Origin: a virus | Reading direction: 5' to 3' (one strand) | Virus record (IMG/VR): IMGVR_UViG_3300047471_000616 | Location: 1 to 64,000 of that record | DNA length: 64,000 nt | Shown: one piece after another, positions 26,993 through 36,316 of the stretch | How positions within the stretch are numbered: the first letter of the stretch is position 1 | Layout: each line of letters begins with the position of its first letter | Made by a program: the position numbers and the translations under genes | The notes under the pieces: generated by a model | Told to the model about the DNA's origin: nothing | What the model saw: only the letters and a program-made list of their open reading frames with translations | The model's database searches: none

Positions 26993-27196
26993 ATGACAGT
27001 GGAAGAATTTATGCGTGCACCAATGACGAAGGGTTGTTCGTGCTGGTGGTGTATCCAAGGGATGAAAGTACGACGTATCATTAAAACAAATGGTAAGATC
27101 ACCCCAGAACTAATGCGTTCAATAACACACACTACGTGCAAGGAAGTATTGATACAGTGGGTCTGCCTGCGCACATTAAACGCAAAGGAGGATTGA
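26993..27196 (+). CDS. Hypothetical protein
   Basis: GAGG SD. Confidence 0.5.
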   Translation: MTVEEFMRAPMTKGCSCWWCIQGMKVRRIIKTNGKITPELMRSITHTTCKEVLIQWVCLRTLNAKED

Positions 27197-27448
27197 ATGG
27201 ATATAGATGAAGAGGTCAAAAGGGATCAGGCTCAGGACAAACTGGAGCGATATGAGGAAGCGCTCCGGTCAATTGTTAGGTGGGGTGAAGCGTACCCACT
27301 CAGCGTGTTTCCCGAGCCTGATCTTGATAAGGCACATGACCTCCTAAAGGCTGGCGGCATAACGCTCGATGCAGTCAGTGCCAGTGCCATGCGCCACGTC
27401 GTAACCATGGTCGCAGCAATCGCCAAAGAGGCGTTGAAGGAGGACTGA
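27197..27448 (+). CDS. Hypothetical protein
   Basis: AGGAGG SD. Confidence 0.7.
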   Translation: MDIDEEVKRDQAQDKLERYEEALRSIVRWGEAYPLSVFPEPDLDKAHDLLKAGGITLDAVSASAMRHVVTMVAAIAKEALKED

Positions 27449-27793
27449 ATGTTTGAAGTAAGAATCATCGTTGAGGACAGCAAGCTGCACAAAGCCCTGT
27501 GGGCCTTGGATGGCTTGATCGTAGGCCAGCCGCAGCTGCTCCCGGTACGTAATGCCGTGGCCAGCAAAGACAAGAAGCAGGTCAAGGAAAAGACACCAAG
27601 CAAGGGTGGCAAGCAAGTCGAGCTCCACAGTAAATTGCTTTCGCGGGGTGAGACAAACTTCAGTTGGGAAGATGCAGCCAACATCATAGAATCACTTGGT
27701 ATGTCCAGGACAACCACCAGCGCCTATCTGACCAGGCTGATTGCGGAAGGCAAAATCAAACGTGTAGATAAAGGCAAGTACGAAGTGAAGTGA
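27449..27793 (+). CDS. Protein with a C-terminal winged helix
   Basis: GMSRTTTSAYLTRLIAEGKIKRVDKGKY. Confidence 0.65.
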   Translation: MFEVRIIVEDSKLHKALWALDGLIVGQPQLLPVRNAVASKDKKQVKEKTPSKGGKQVELHSKLLSRGETNFSWEDAANIIESLGMSRTTTSAYLTRLIAEGKIKRVDKGKYEVK

Positions 27794-27823
27794 GTGCGTA
27801 ACTGCAACCAGAGGAGCCATGAT

Positions 27824-28102
27824 ATGGCAAAAGGAAAGCGTGGTTTTCTACGGTACAAGAGCTACAGCTTCGTTGAGAAAGACCCGGTGATTGACGCGCT
27901 ACGGACAGCGGTGAGTGCTTCCAAGAAGAAGTACAGCACCATTCACCAGGACTCGGGGGTCGCAGCTTCCACCATCCACAACTGGTTCCATGGCAACACG
28001 CGGCGTCCGCAGTTTGCCACGGTAGCGGCTGTGGCACGGGCGCTGGGAAAGAACTCAATTGTGTTTGCCAGCAACTCGGGCAATCCTCGGCTGGTCGATT
28101 AA
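27824..28102 (+). CDS. XRE/Cro-like HTH regulator
   Basis: IHQDSGVAASTIHNWFHGNTRRPQFATVAAVARALG. Confidence 0.8.
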   Translation: MAKGKRGFLRYKSYSFVEKDPVIDALRTAVSASKKKYSTIHQDSGVAASTIHNWFHGNTRRPQFATVAAVARALGKNSIVFASNSGNPRLVD

Positions 28103-28178
28103 TAATTTCGGGGCAAACTATTGACATCCAGGGAAGGTGTCCCTTAGTACATCTCTACCGCAACCCCCGGAGTGTGTA

Positions 28179-28643
28179 ATGATCAACGAAAGTGACGTGA
28201 GTACCGCTGGCAATGGCCAAGACGCTGAGGCCATGCCCATGCCGAAGCGGCGTGCCCGCAAGGTACGTACTTCGCCCAGCGGCCCTGTACTGAAGGCAAT
28301 TGCCCGCAAAGCGGCCCAAAACAAGCCCGGCAAAGCCCCTGTAAAGGCCAAGGGTGCGGCCAAAGTAAAGGCCAAGGGTGCGGCCAAGCCGCGCAAAGCC
28401 CGCACCGCTGACCCCGCCAAGCAGGACCAGTTCGGCCTGCGCAAGGGCAGCATCAAGTCCCGTGCAGCGGCGATGTACGCCGCCAAGAAGGGGGCTACCC
28501 TCAACGAAGTGAAGGAGGCCCTTGAGAGCACCCAGTTCAACGTGCTGACCGAGCTGGAGGGGAAGGGCTTCAAAGTGACTCGTACCCTGGTGTCTGGGAT
28601 TGGTGCCCGTCAGGCTACCAAGTACCATTTGAGTGCGAAATAA
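28179..28643 (+). CDS. Lys/Ala-rich (histone H1-like) protein with a C-terminal HTH-like domain
   Basis: KAKGAAK repeats; C-terminus similar to 37534-38343; TTGACA upstream at 28121. Confidence 0.72.
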   Translation: MINESDVSTAGNGQDAEAMPMPKRRARKVRTSPSGPVLKAIARKAAQNKPGKAPVKAKGAAKVKAKGAAKPRKARTADPAKQDQFGLRKGSIKSRAAAMYAAKKGATLNEVKEALESTQFNVLTELEGKGFKVTRTLVSGIGARQATKYHLSAK

Positions 28644-28686
28644 TACTGCGCCCTAATCTGGTCCCCCCGTCCCGTAGGGGCGCAGT

Positions 28687-28720
28687 GGCCCAAGGAGCCC
28701 CCAGGTTCCTTGGGCCTTTT
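28687..28720 (+). terminator. Rho-independent terminator
   Basis: GGCCCAAGGAGCC/GGTTCCTTGGGCC followed by TTTT. Confidence 0.75.
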
Positions 28721-28749
28721 CATTTGTCAATTTTCAAGAGGAGCAAAGC

Positions 28750-29022
28750 ATGACTGACATTCCGTTCATCCCTGAGTTCAGCAAGGCTGACGCACGCAAC
28801 AAATGGATCATGGAAAATGCGCAGTACTGGACCGTGATCAGAAAGCGCAAGCGCCGCTACGAGCGCGATGAGTGCTGGTCACTTGAAGACGCGGTGAAAC
28901 TGGCGCAGCGTCGGCTGGCCAATGACCCGCACAAGCAACCCCTGCTAATCTATGCGGTGGCCGGTGGGCACGATGCCCTGGCGGCCACCGTTCACCCTGA
29001 CGGAGTGAGGGCAGTAGAATGA
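28750..29022 (+). CDS. Hypothetical protein
   Basis: GAGGAG SD. Confidence 0.7.
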   Translation: MTDIPFIPEFSKADARNKWIMENAQYWTVIRKRKRRYERDECWSLEDAVKLAQRRLANDPHKQPLLIYAVAGGHDALAATVHPDGVRAVE

Positions 29023-29231
29023 CTTCACAGATCAAGCTGCTCACCAGCCAGGATGCGTTTCATGCGATGCACCAGGCCATCGACAGCAAGAAGCAAACGC
29101 TCAAGATACCAAACCAAATGTTGACTAATCTGCTGGTAGACTACAGCGTGATGCTGGCGGCGTTGAGCAAGGTCAGCGGCTTCGTGATCAAGGACCCAAG
29201 GGAGCGCCCGCAGCTGACCAAAGTAGATTAA
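29019..29231 (+). CDS. Hypothetical protein
   Basis: ATGA coupling. Confidence 0.65.
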   Translation: MTSQIKLLTSQDAFHAMHQAIDSKKQTLKIPNQMLTNLLVDYSVMLAALSKVSGFVIKDPRERPQLTKVD

Positions 29232-29242
29232 AAGTTCCCCAT

Positions 29243-29405
29243 GGGGGTATTGCCCCCGCAGCCGTGGAGGTCAACGGGCGAGCGTGAATACCGGCAGGTT
29301 TCCTCCTGTAAGTCCATTGCCTGCCGGGGCTAGGCGCGACAAGGATCAGTTGGGTTCCCCCACTGGGGTGGTATTCATGGCCCTGAAACTGATCAAGACC
29401 TCACT
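29243..29405 (+). ncRNA. Candidate structured RNA with a pseudoknot and an anti-SD loop
   Basis: Stems 29267-72/29397-402, 29291-99/29319-27 and 29344-51/29387-94; GTGAATAC/GTATTCAT cross-pairing. Confidence 0.5.
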
Positions 29406-29426
29406 TCATCCAACCAAGGAAACACA

Positions 29427-29927
29427 ATGAAGAAACGAGTTACCACTACCCATGAAGACCTGCTCAATCACATGGCCAACATGATCGCCAAATCAAAGCG
29501 GGTGACCTTGGCCATTAACGGCACCAGGAAAGAACCAAGCTTTTTCTACACCATTGGCAACCAGGAAAAGCAATTGCCCGAGCTGCTGGTCATTGGCAAT
29601 TTCAAGGCCGACGCCATGAGTTGGCTGCTCAACGAGCTAAGTAACAAGATGTTGGCAGGGGAAACCATGCTGGATGGCGAACTGATTGGCGTAGGCGGCG
29701 AGTACCCCATACTCATCTATAAGGCATCCAACGAGGCCAAGGAAAAATACACTTTTCAGGCCGGTCAATTCTACGGCAATGAAGACTATGACGTGATGCA
29801 GGTAGTGCTGCCCGACACCAAAGGCTGCTACCCGCCCGACCCCAAGTGTCACAAGGACTTTCAGGTGCCAGTATTGAAGGAGGTCAAGGATGGACAAACA
29901 CCCGCCAGGGGCACTGAGAACGATTGA
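29427..29927 (+). CDS. DUF4262-like protein
   Basis: FFYTIGN...LPELLVIG...QVVLPD..G.YP. Confidence 0.7.
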   Translation: MKKRVTTTHEDLLNHMANMIAKSKRVTLAINGTRKEPSFFYTIGNQEKQLPELLVIGNFKADAMSWLLNELSNKMLAGETMLDGELIGVGGEYPILIYKASNEAKEKYTFQAGQFYGNEDYDVMQVVLPDTKGCYPPDPKCHKDFQVPVLKEVKDGQTPARGTEND

Positions 29928-30231
29928 GGAAGTACAAACACTTATACAACGTGTAAATGCCGGTGAGACAGTCAAGGTCTACCCGGTGACTTTTGGCAGT
30001 GGGACCCCGGCAGTACCTGATCTAACCCCAACACAACTGCTAGGACTTAGTGGGTTAAGGTGCTTAGTGTTTAAATGTGACAACCGAGCACAAGGAGAAT
30101 TTGATTTGGCTTGGCGTGGGATAGGCAACAGCCTCAGCGAAAAGGACTGTTATGGCTATCTGTTTGAAAACTATTGGCACGCCTACGCCTACAGCCTGAG
30201 GGTCAACCATGACAGAAAAAGAGATAGTTGA
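29890..30231 (+). CDS. NYWxAYA-family small protein
   Basis: AGETVKVY...FENYWHAYAY. Confidence 0.72.
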   Translation: MDKHPPGALRTIEEVQTLIQRVNAGETVKVYPVTFGSGTPAVPDLTPTQLLGLSGLRCLVFKCDNRAQGEFDLAWRGIGNSLSEKDCYGYLFENYWHAYAYSLRVNHDRKRDS

Positions 30232-30487
30232 GAAGCTGATGGCCGGGGAAACGGTAACCCTGTACTACCCCATGAGGGGTGTCCTGGACGTAGGAAAGCG
30301 CATCCTCAAGCCCCACCCCAGCGACCCGGAGAAATTTAATGTTCATTATGGTGACAACGCCGGTTCATTAGTTGTGCCCTTTGTCTTCAAGGGCAATCTT
30401 TTAAGAACTATTGTCCTGGATCAGGAAGCAGAACCCAATTGGTGGCTGGCCTGGGCCAGATCCCTGCGTCTGCAAAAAGGCGGCTAA
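30209..30487 (+). CDS. NYWxAYA-family small protein
   Basis: AGETVTLY...PNWWLAWA. Confidence 0.68.
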   Translation: MTEKEIVEKLMAGETVTLYYPMRGVLDVGKRILKPHPSDPEKFNVHYGDNAGSLVVPFVFKGNLLRTIVLDQEAEPNWWLAWARSLRLQKGG

Positions 30488-30493
30488 AGCAGC

Positions 30494-30523
30494 TTGACAG
30501 TCCCATGAAAGTTTTGGCATGCT
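30494..30523 (+). promoter_or_regulatory. Putative sigma70 promoter
   Basis: TTGACA-N18-CATGCT. Confidence 0.5.
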
Positions 30524-30529
30524 CAAAAA

Positions 30530-30980
30530 GTTGCCCGGTAGGAAGAGTCACTTTCCTACCGGGCGAATCCGCTAAGGCTTGGAAGGCTACAAGCGGATCA
30601 GGGAACTGGGTAGACATAGTTCAGAGTCCCCCCTCAGTCAACCCTAACAAGTAGCCAGCCCGGACTTAGCTCCGTAGCGCCGCCTGACACCCCGAAGTGA
30701 CAGTGGGCTGGCACCCTCCCAGCGTCGAAGCGAACGGTAGACCGTTACACCCGACCGCAATGACCCTGCCAGAAGGGAAGTTGGCATCCTAGGCTTTTTG
30801 GCACACTAACTATGCCAGTGGTCTGGCCCGCCACGCGTCTTACCCGGTCGGTAGGGCGTGGGAAACAGGGCACCTAGGGTATATTCGCTGTTAGCTCTGG
30901 CTCCTCAATACCCGTAGGCAGGGGGTCGCCCTGCCTGGGATAGCGGGTGACCATACCTATGCCTGTAGCCCAGAAGTAGG
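30530..30980 (+). ncRNA. Highly structured non-coding region (ncRNA, leader or origin)
   Basis: At least seven stems, including a perfect 12-bp stem at 30533-44/30553-64; no credible ORF. Confidence 0.5.
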
Positions 30981-30987
30981 ATAGAAA

Positions 30988-31413
30988 ATGATTAAGATCA
31001 CCAAGTTACCGCCAGGGGAAGCAATAGGAGCCAGGGACTTACAGCTTTGGCAACAAAGGAGAACTGTAGGCAGAGGGGGAATTTACAAGAAGCATGCTGA
31101 TACAAGAAGGGTATACATCAGATGCAAGGTTTGCAGATTCCTCAACGAGTTGGAAGTGTACTGGAAAAACATAGAAACATTGAAATTCAAGTGTATGAAG
31201 TGTGATTCCAAAGACGTGGAAGTAGGCCGACGTAAGAAGGATTCCCATGGGAAATGGCGAACAGAGTACCCAGCAGAAACCCTCAAGCGCAACAGGGCCA
31301 GTTACAGTAAAAGCAAATATGAGAAGGTTCCTGCAAAGGTCACAACTTTTGCAGAGGATGAATGCTGCAATTACAAGCCAGACCCTGATGAAAAGGCCCC
31401 CTGGGAAGATTGA
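30988..31413 (+). CDS. Zinc-ribbon protein
   Basis: CKVC...CMKC. Confidence 0.65.
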   Translation: MIKITKLPPGEAIGARDLQLWQQRRTVGRGGIYKKHADTRRVYIRCKVCRFLNELEVYWKNIETLKFKCMKCDSKDVEVGRRKKDSHGKWRTEYPAETLKRNRASYSKSKYEKVPAKVTTFAEDECCNYKPDPDEKAPWED

Positions 31414-31416
31414 ACC

Positions 31417-31860
31417 ATGAAGAACATCTTGTCACAACTCCCCAAACTGTCTCAGCAGGAACTAGCTACCATAAGAGCAGCCTGTGATCATCTACTGGAC
31501 AAGAAACAAGAAACACCAGTTCTGTACACTTCTATGCTCGACATACTTGGCCAGAAAGGTCCCAGTTACAACAGTTTCCAACGTACTGCTTCCTGGAAAC
31601 AGTGGCAGAAAAACCTCCACGAAGTTGAGTCCTTCTATGAGAAGTTATTTCCCAACATGACCAAGGTACAGGAAGCAGCTGTCAACAGCCTGCTTCTACA
31701 GCTGCTGGTTGATGATCTAAAGTACCTGAAGGTAGCTATTACCATAGGTATTGTTTCTAGCAATTTGGGTAGAGTTCCTGAAGTGTTTGACCGTGCCTTC
31801 CCCGGTTACCGGCAGAGCGGAATGGCTGGGAAGTTGCTTGAAGCCATGGTGAGAAAATGA
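31417..31860 (+). CDS. Hypothetical protein
   Basis: 147-aa ORF coupled to the downstream gene. Confidence 0.7.
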   Translation: MKNILSQLPKLSQQELATIRAACDHLLDKKQETPVLYTSMLDILGQKGPSYNSFQRTASWKQWQKNLHEVESFYEKLFPNMTKVQEAAVNSLLLQLLVDDLKYLKVAITIGIVSSNLGRVPEVFDRAFPGYRQSGMAGKLLEAMVRK

Positions 31861-32180
31861 GGTACCCAACGGGGGCTATCAGGTGTTATGAAGAAATGCA
31901 GGCCCTCATAGGGGGGCATGTCTATATTGTCGTGCCAGCAGAGCTCCTCGTGGAGAGGGTACCATATGTTGCGCCTAATATAGGAAAATTGCACCCGTTG
32001 AGGATAAGCGGTAGCCTGCTCCTTGTTAAGGAAACAGTGTATGCCGCAGCTACCCACTCCATTGCCATCGAAAAGGATTGGACCGTGAGGTGGGTGCATT
32101 CAGGCCCACTATATTTCTTCAGCAATTTCTGGTTTGCCCATGCCCACGTACAGCACCGTAACGATCTGGTGCAGTCATGA
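31857..32180 (+). CDS. NYWxAYA-family small protein
   Basis: FSNFWFAHAH. Confidence 0.68.
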   Translation: MRYPTGAIRCYEEMQALIGGHVYIVVPAELLVERVPYVAPNIGKLHPLRISGSLLLVKETVYAAATHSIAIEKDWTVRWVHSGPLYFFSNFWFAHAHVQHRNDLVQS

Positions 32181-32431
32181 AACCGCTGACCCAAGATGAA
32201 CTGTGGTTGCTGGATCAAAAGGTGGCTGAAGGTGAGACCGTAAAGTTGTGGCTGGTTTGGGATGGACCGGACGGTTACATAACGGCTCTTCGTTTGGTGG
32301 CACCGCAATTGGCGTATGTGAATGATAACCCTAAACCGATGGCCAATGTAACCCTAGAAAGTCTTACTGGTTATTATAGTTTCTTTACCAATTACTGGCA
32401 CGCCTATGCTCATAACCTGAAGCAGTCATGA
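32177..32431 (+). CDS. NYWxAYA-family small protein
   Basis: EGETVKLW...FTNYWHAYAH. Confidence 0.72.
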   Translation: MKPLTQDELWLLDQKVAEGETVKLWLVWDGPDGYITALRLVAPQLAYVNDNPKPMANVTLESLTGYYSFFTNYWHAYAHNLKQS

Positions 32432-32440
32432 GGGAGTCAG

Positions 32441-33841
32441 ATGCTACTAACCTCCTTGGCTGAAAATCTGCTCACAGTGCTTGCCTTTGACCCCGAAAGG
32501 GCACCCATTGTCCGTGCGGTGATTGGCCCTGAACTGTTTGGTGGACCCTACAGATTATTGGCAGCCCGCATCTATGACTACCTGGACACTTTCAAGAAAC
32601 CGCCTGGGGATCATCTACCTGATTTGCTCAGTGACAAGCTTGAGGGCAAGGCTGCAGAAGCAGGCTATTACGCTGAGATCATTGAAAGCCTGCATGCTTC
32701 CAGGGAGCACATCAACGCTGCCTATGTCATGGCGTCGCTGGAAACTTTTGTCAAAAGACAATCCATGCGCAGCATCGCCATTGACCTGCAAAAGGCTTTG
32801 CAGCGGGACACTGAAGAGGGGCTTGAGGAAGCTGAGCGGCTGATAGCCGGTGCCAACCACGTCAGCCTGAGTGTCTTTGACCCCGGTACCCGTCTGTCAG
32901 ACAAGAAAAAGGCACTGGAGTTCCTGGACATAGGTGACGACTCATTTCCCACCGGGATCAAGGAGCTGGATGATCGTGGCTTCGGCCCGGTGCGCAAGGA
33001 GCTATGGCTGTTCATAGGCAATGCCAAGGCCGGGAAGTCATGGGCGTTGGGGCAATTGGCCAAGTCGGCTTTAAGGCACCGCTACCGGGTAGTGCATATC
33101 ACCCTGGAAATGAGTGAGAAGCGCACTTCGCAACGCTACTTCCAGTCGTTGTTTGCCATGGCCAAGCGCAAGGATGAATTTGAAATCACCAGGTTTCAGC
33201 GTGACAGCCTCAACCGGATCAACGGCTTTGACAGTAAAAAATCCAAGCCTGCGCTGTCCATGGATGACCCTCACATCCGCAAGAAACTGGAACGCAGGAT
33301 TGACCGCTGGTCCGCCAGGTTGCTGGACAACATCATAGTCAAGGAATTTCCTACCGGTCACCTGACCGTGCTGCAGCTTCGCGCCTACCTGGACAATCTT
33401 GAGGCCAGTGAGAAGTTTGTACCTGACCTGCTAATTGTGGATTACCCCGACCTGATGAAGCTGGACAAGGACAATTACAGATTGGCCCTGGATGAAGTGT
33501 TCAAGGAGCTGCGCGGGCTGGCGAAGCAGCGTAACATAGCCCTGGCAGTGGTCAGCCAATCCCATAGAAGTGCGGCCAAATCCAAGCAGGTAGGCATAGA
33601 AAATGTGGCTGAAGCCTACAGCAAAATAGCCCACGCCGACGTGGTGCTCACCTATAGCCAGACCCCGGCCGAGAACAAGCTGGGGCTGGCACGGCTGCAT
33701 GTGGCAGCGGGTAGAAATGATCGTGATAAATTTACTATCGTGATCTCACAGGCGTACAATACGGGACAGTTCGTTGTAGATTCCAGCCTCATGAGAGGCA
33801 CATATTGGCAGAACCTGCCAGCTGGAGAGGAGGAACCATGA
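32441..33841 (+). CDS. DnaB-like (SF4) replicative helicase
   Basis: GNAKAGKS, ITLEMS, IVDYPDL, VVSQ. Confidence 0.9.
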   Translation: MLLTSLAENLLTVLAFDPERAPIVRAVIGPELFGGPYRLLAARIYDYLDTFKKPPGDHLPDLLSDKLEGKAAEAGYYAEIIESLHASREHINAAYVMASLETFVKRQSMRSIAIDLQKALQRDTEEGLEEAERLIAGANHVSLSVFDPGTRLSDKKKALEFLDIGDDSFPTGIKELDDRGFGPVRKELWLFIGNAKAGKSWALGQLAKSALRHRYRVVHITLEMSEKRTSQRYFQSLFAMAKRKDEFEITRFQRDSLNRINGFDSKKSKPALSMDDPHIRKKLERRIDRWSARLLDNIIVKEFPTGHLTVLQLRAYLDNLEASEKFVPDLLIVDYPDLMKLDKDNYRLALDEVFKELRGLAKQRNIALAVVSQSHRSAAKSKQVGIENVAEAYSKIAHADVVLTYSQTPAENKLGLARLHVAAGRNDRDKFTIVISQAYNTGQFVVDSSLMRGTYWQNLPAGEEEP

Positions 33842-34236
33842 GCGACATTGTGGAGCGGCTGCGTGACTCAAACATGCCGGATGTTCACGTTTGGATACGT
33901 CGGGGCTTGGAGGCCGCCGACGAGATCGAGCGGCTACGGGCGGCAATCAGGGACTGTGCCCATAACTTGGGAAATGAGTTGTCGGCGACCTACGAGAGCA
34001 CTGATGCTGTTATGAATAAGGTGGCCGCCGAGATCGTACACCTGCGGCGAAGGGTGCACTCAGCAGAGGCCGAGATCGAGCGTTGGAAAAATCTATACGA
34101 CGCGGAAATCAACCGCGTGCTTGCTATGGAAATCGAGACCGAGCGGCTGAAGGAGGCGCTTAAACAGCGGGACGAAGATCACGCCATCATAACTCGCGAC
34201 TTACGCTCCGAGATCGAGCGGCTGCGGGGAAAATAA
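33838..34236 (+). CDS. Coiled-coil protein with EIERLR repeats
   Basis: MSDIVERLR...AADEIERLRA; GGAGG SD. Confidence 0.7.
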   Translation: MSDIVERLRDSNMPDVHVWIRRGLEAADEIERLRAAIRDCAHNLGNELSATYESTDAVMNKVAAEIVHLRRRVHSAEAEIERWKNLYDAEINRVLAMEIETERLKEALKQRDEDHAIITRDLRSEIERLRGK

Positions 34237-34237
34237 C

Positions 34238-35785
34238 ATGATCTCTAAGCAGGCAGTCAGGGAGTTTCTAGCCAGGGACTTGGGATCCCACGACTGGCTT
34301 AAAACCATACCGATTGAGAAGCTTGACGCTGAATTGAAGATGCTCAAGCCCAGGCCGAACTTCAACGGTATCAATCTTTGGGCACATCAAAAAGCAGGAC
34401 TTTTATTGGCCCTGGAACTCAAGCGGTTCATGTATTTCTGGGACATGGGCGGCGGTAAGACCCTGCTATCCTTGGCCCTGCTGAAGTACCTGAAGCAGCG
34501 TGGTGAGCGACCCAGGGCCATTGTCTTTGTACCCTACATCACCAGTGTTGACACCTGGGTTGAGGAAGTGGCCAAACACGCCCCCGACCTGCATTGTGTA
34601 GCATTGTTGGGTAGTACCGCCGAAAACCTTGACCGCTTGCAAAATAGAGACGCCGACCTGTTTGTGATCTGCTATCAATCGGCCGTGGCCATGGTCAGTT
34701 ACCCGGTGAAGACCAAAAAGGGCAAAGGGAAGTGGGACATCAATGCTACCCAGATCAGGGATTACTTCAAAGGTTTCAATATCCTGATCTGTGACGAAAT
34801 CCACCGCTGCAAGAACCACACGGCGCTGACCTACCGTATGTGCAGGGCCATTTCCTCTACCAGTGAATACGTTCTGGGGCTGACCGGGACGCCGTTTGGC
34901 CGCGACATGCAGGACCTCTGGCCGCAGTTCAACCTGATTGACTTTGGTGAGACACTAGGCCCGACGCTTGGGCTGTACCGCAGTGCTTTCTTCACTGAGA
35001 AGAAAAACTATTGGGGTGGCTTTGATTACATCTTCAAGAAACAGCTAATGCCGGACCTGCAGCGCATCATCAAGCATAGGAGCATCAGGTACACCATCGA
35101 TGAATTTGCCGACATGCCCAGCAAGGAGTACTGTCGGCGCTTGCTTAGCCTCCCTGCTGACAGTGCAGGCTACGTGGCCAAGGCCCTGGTTAATCTACGG
35201 GATGCCGTGAAGGGCAAACAGTACCGGCAGGTTGAGTCCAGCTACCTGCAGCTTCGCCAGCTATCATCAGGCTTTATGACACTAAAGGGGGAAGACAATG
35301 ACAAGATACAGGTCCAGTTTGACGACAACCCAAAGCTTGAGGCGGTTGTCCAGCATATTGAAGATATGCCACATGGCAGCAAGGCAGTTATCTTCCATCA
35401 TTTTGTTTATAGTAACGGTGTCCTTGCTGACCGCCTTTCTAGAATGGGGGTTCCGTGCGCCCGCATCTGGAGCGGTCAAAAAGACCCTATTGGTGAACTA
35501 CGAAGGTTCAGGGAAGACCCTGACTGTAAGGTGATGGTGCTGAACTGGCGCAGTGGGTCCAGTTCGCTGAACCTGCAACACGCCAACTACATGATTGTCT
35601 ATGAGCAGCCGGACTCACCCATTGACCGCAAACAGGGCGAAGCCAGGCTGTGGCGGCCAGGGCAGGCCCAACGGGTGTGGATTTATGATCTACTGGTCAA
35701 GTACACGGCGGATCAGCGCATGCACGCTGCCAACTTGGCAGGCAAAAGTTTGCTGGAAGAACTACTCAACGGAGGTGAACTATGA
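34238..35785 (+). CDS. SNF2-family (SF2) helicase
   Basis: DMGGGKT, DEIH, LTGTP, LNLQ, QGEARLWRPGQ. Confidence 0.9.
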   Translation: MISKQAVREFLARDLGSHDWLKTIPIEKLDAELKMLKPRPNFNGINLWAHQKAGLLLALELKRFMYFWDMGGGKTLLSLALLKYLKQRGERPRAIVFVPYITSVDTWVEEVAKHAPDLHCVALLGSTAENLDRLQNRDADLFVICYQSAVAMVSYPVKTKKGKGKWDINATQIRDYFKGFNILICDEIHRCKNHTALTYRMCRAISSTSEYVLGLTGTPFGRDMQDLWPQFNLIDFGETLGPTLGLYRSAFFTEKKNYWGGFDYIFKKQLMPDLQRIIKHRSIRYTIDEFADMPSKEYCRRLLSLPADSAGYVAKALVNLRDAVKGKQYRQVESSYLQLRQLSSGFMTLKGEDNDKIQVQFDDNPKLEAVVQHIEDMPHGSKAVIFHHFVYSNGVLADRLSRMGVPCARIWSGQKDPIGELRRFREDPDCKVMVLNWRSGSSSLNLQHANYMIVYEQPDSPIDRKQGEARLWRPGQAQRVWIYDLLVKYTADQRMHAANLAGKSLLEELLNGGEL

Positions 35786-35944
35786 AGATAGACATCTACA
35801 TGGACCATGTGATCATCGAAGGCCAAACCATCAGGCGGCCCAGCTACATCAGCAGGGGACATTGGATGCAGTGGTGGGAAACTACCACTGCTTTCAAGCA
35901 GAAGTACTGCAAATACTGCGGGATGACGGCTAAGGCATGAGCAC

Positions 35945-36316
35945 ATGAGAAGAGATATATCAAGGGTCAGGGCACTCAACTGTCTACTTCATGATAACTT
36001 TGTCATAAAAGAAAATAAGAGCAAATTGAGTGTATTCGAAGAGAGTGGTATCAACTACGGACATGATCAGTGGTATGATTTTATCTCAGAAAATTACATT
36101 GATTGGAAAAGGGTTTCAGAGGCCACAGATGCAGAGCTGTTGTGCATACCAAACTTTGGCGGGAAAAGCCTTATGTATATACAAAAAGTGCTAAGGCAGA
36201 AGGGGTACGAGACAGCCCCTGTACCGGCAAAACGCAAACCCCACTACCAGAAACTGGGGCGCATATTCTGCCCTCACTGTGGCGAACATATCAACCTACA
36301 CACCTACCACTCATGA
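35945..36316 (+). CDS. RNA polymerase alpha-CTD-like domain protein with a C-terminal Zn ribbon
   Basis: TDAELLCIPNFGGKSLMYIQKVL resembles the alpha-CTD HhH (ELLKTPNLGKKSLTEIK); CPHC. Confidence 0.7.
   Translation: MRRDISRVRALNCLLHDNFVIKENKSKLSVFEESGINYGHDQWYDFISENYIDWKRVSEATDAELLCIPNFGGKSLMYIQKVLRQKGYETAPVPAKRKPHYQKLGRIFCPHCGEHINLHTYHS

Noticed and set aside
28275-28423. Another ~150-bp VGA/TCB-free stretch
   Set aside because: Explained by Lys/Ala/Pro low-complexity coding sequence.
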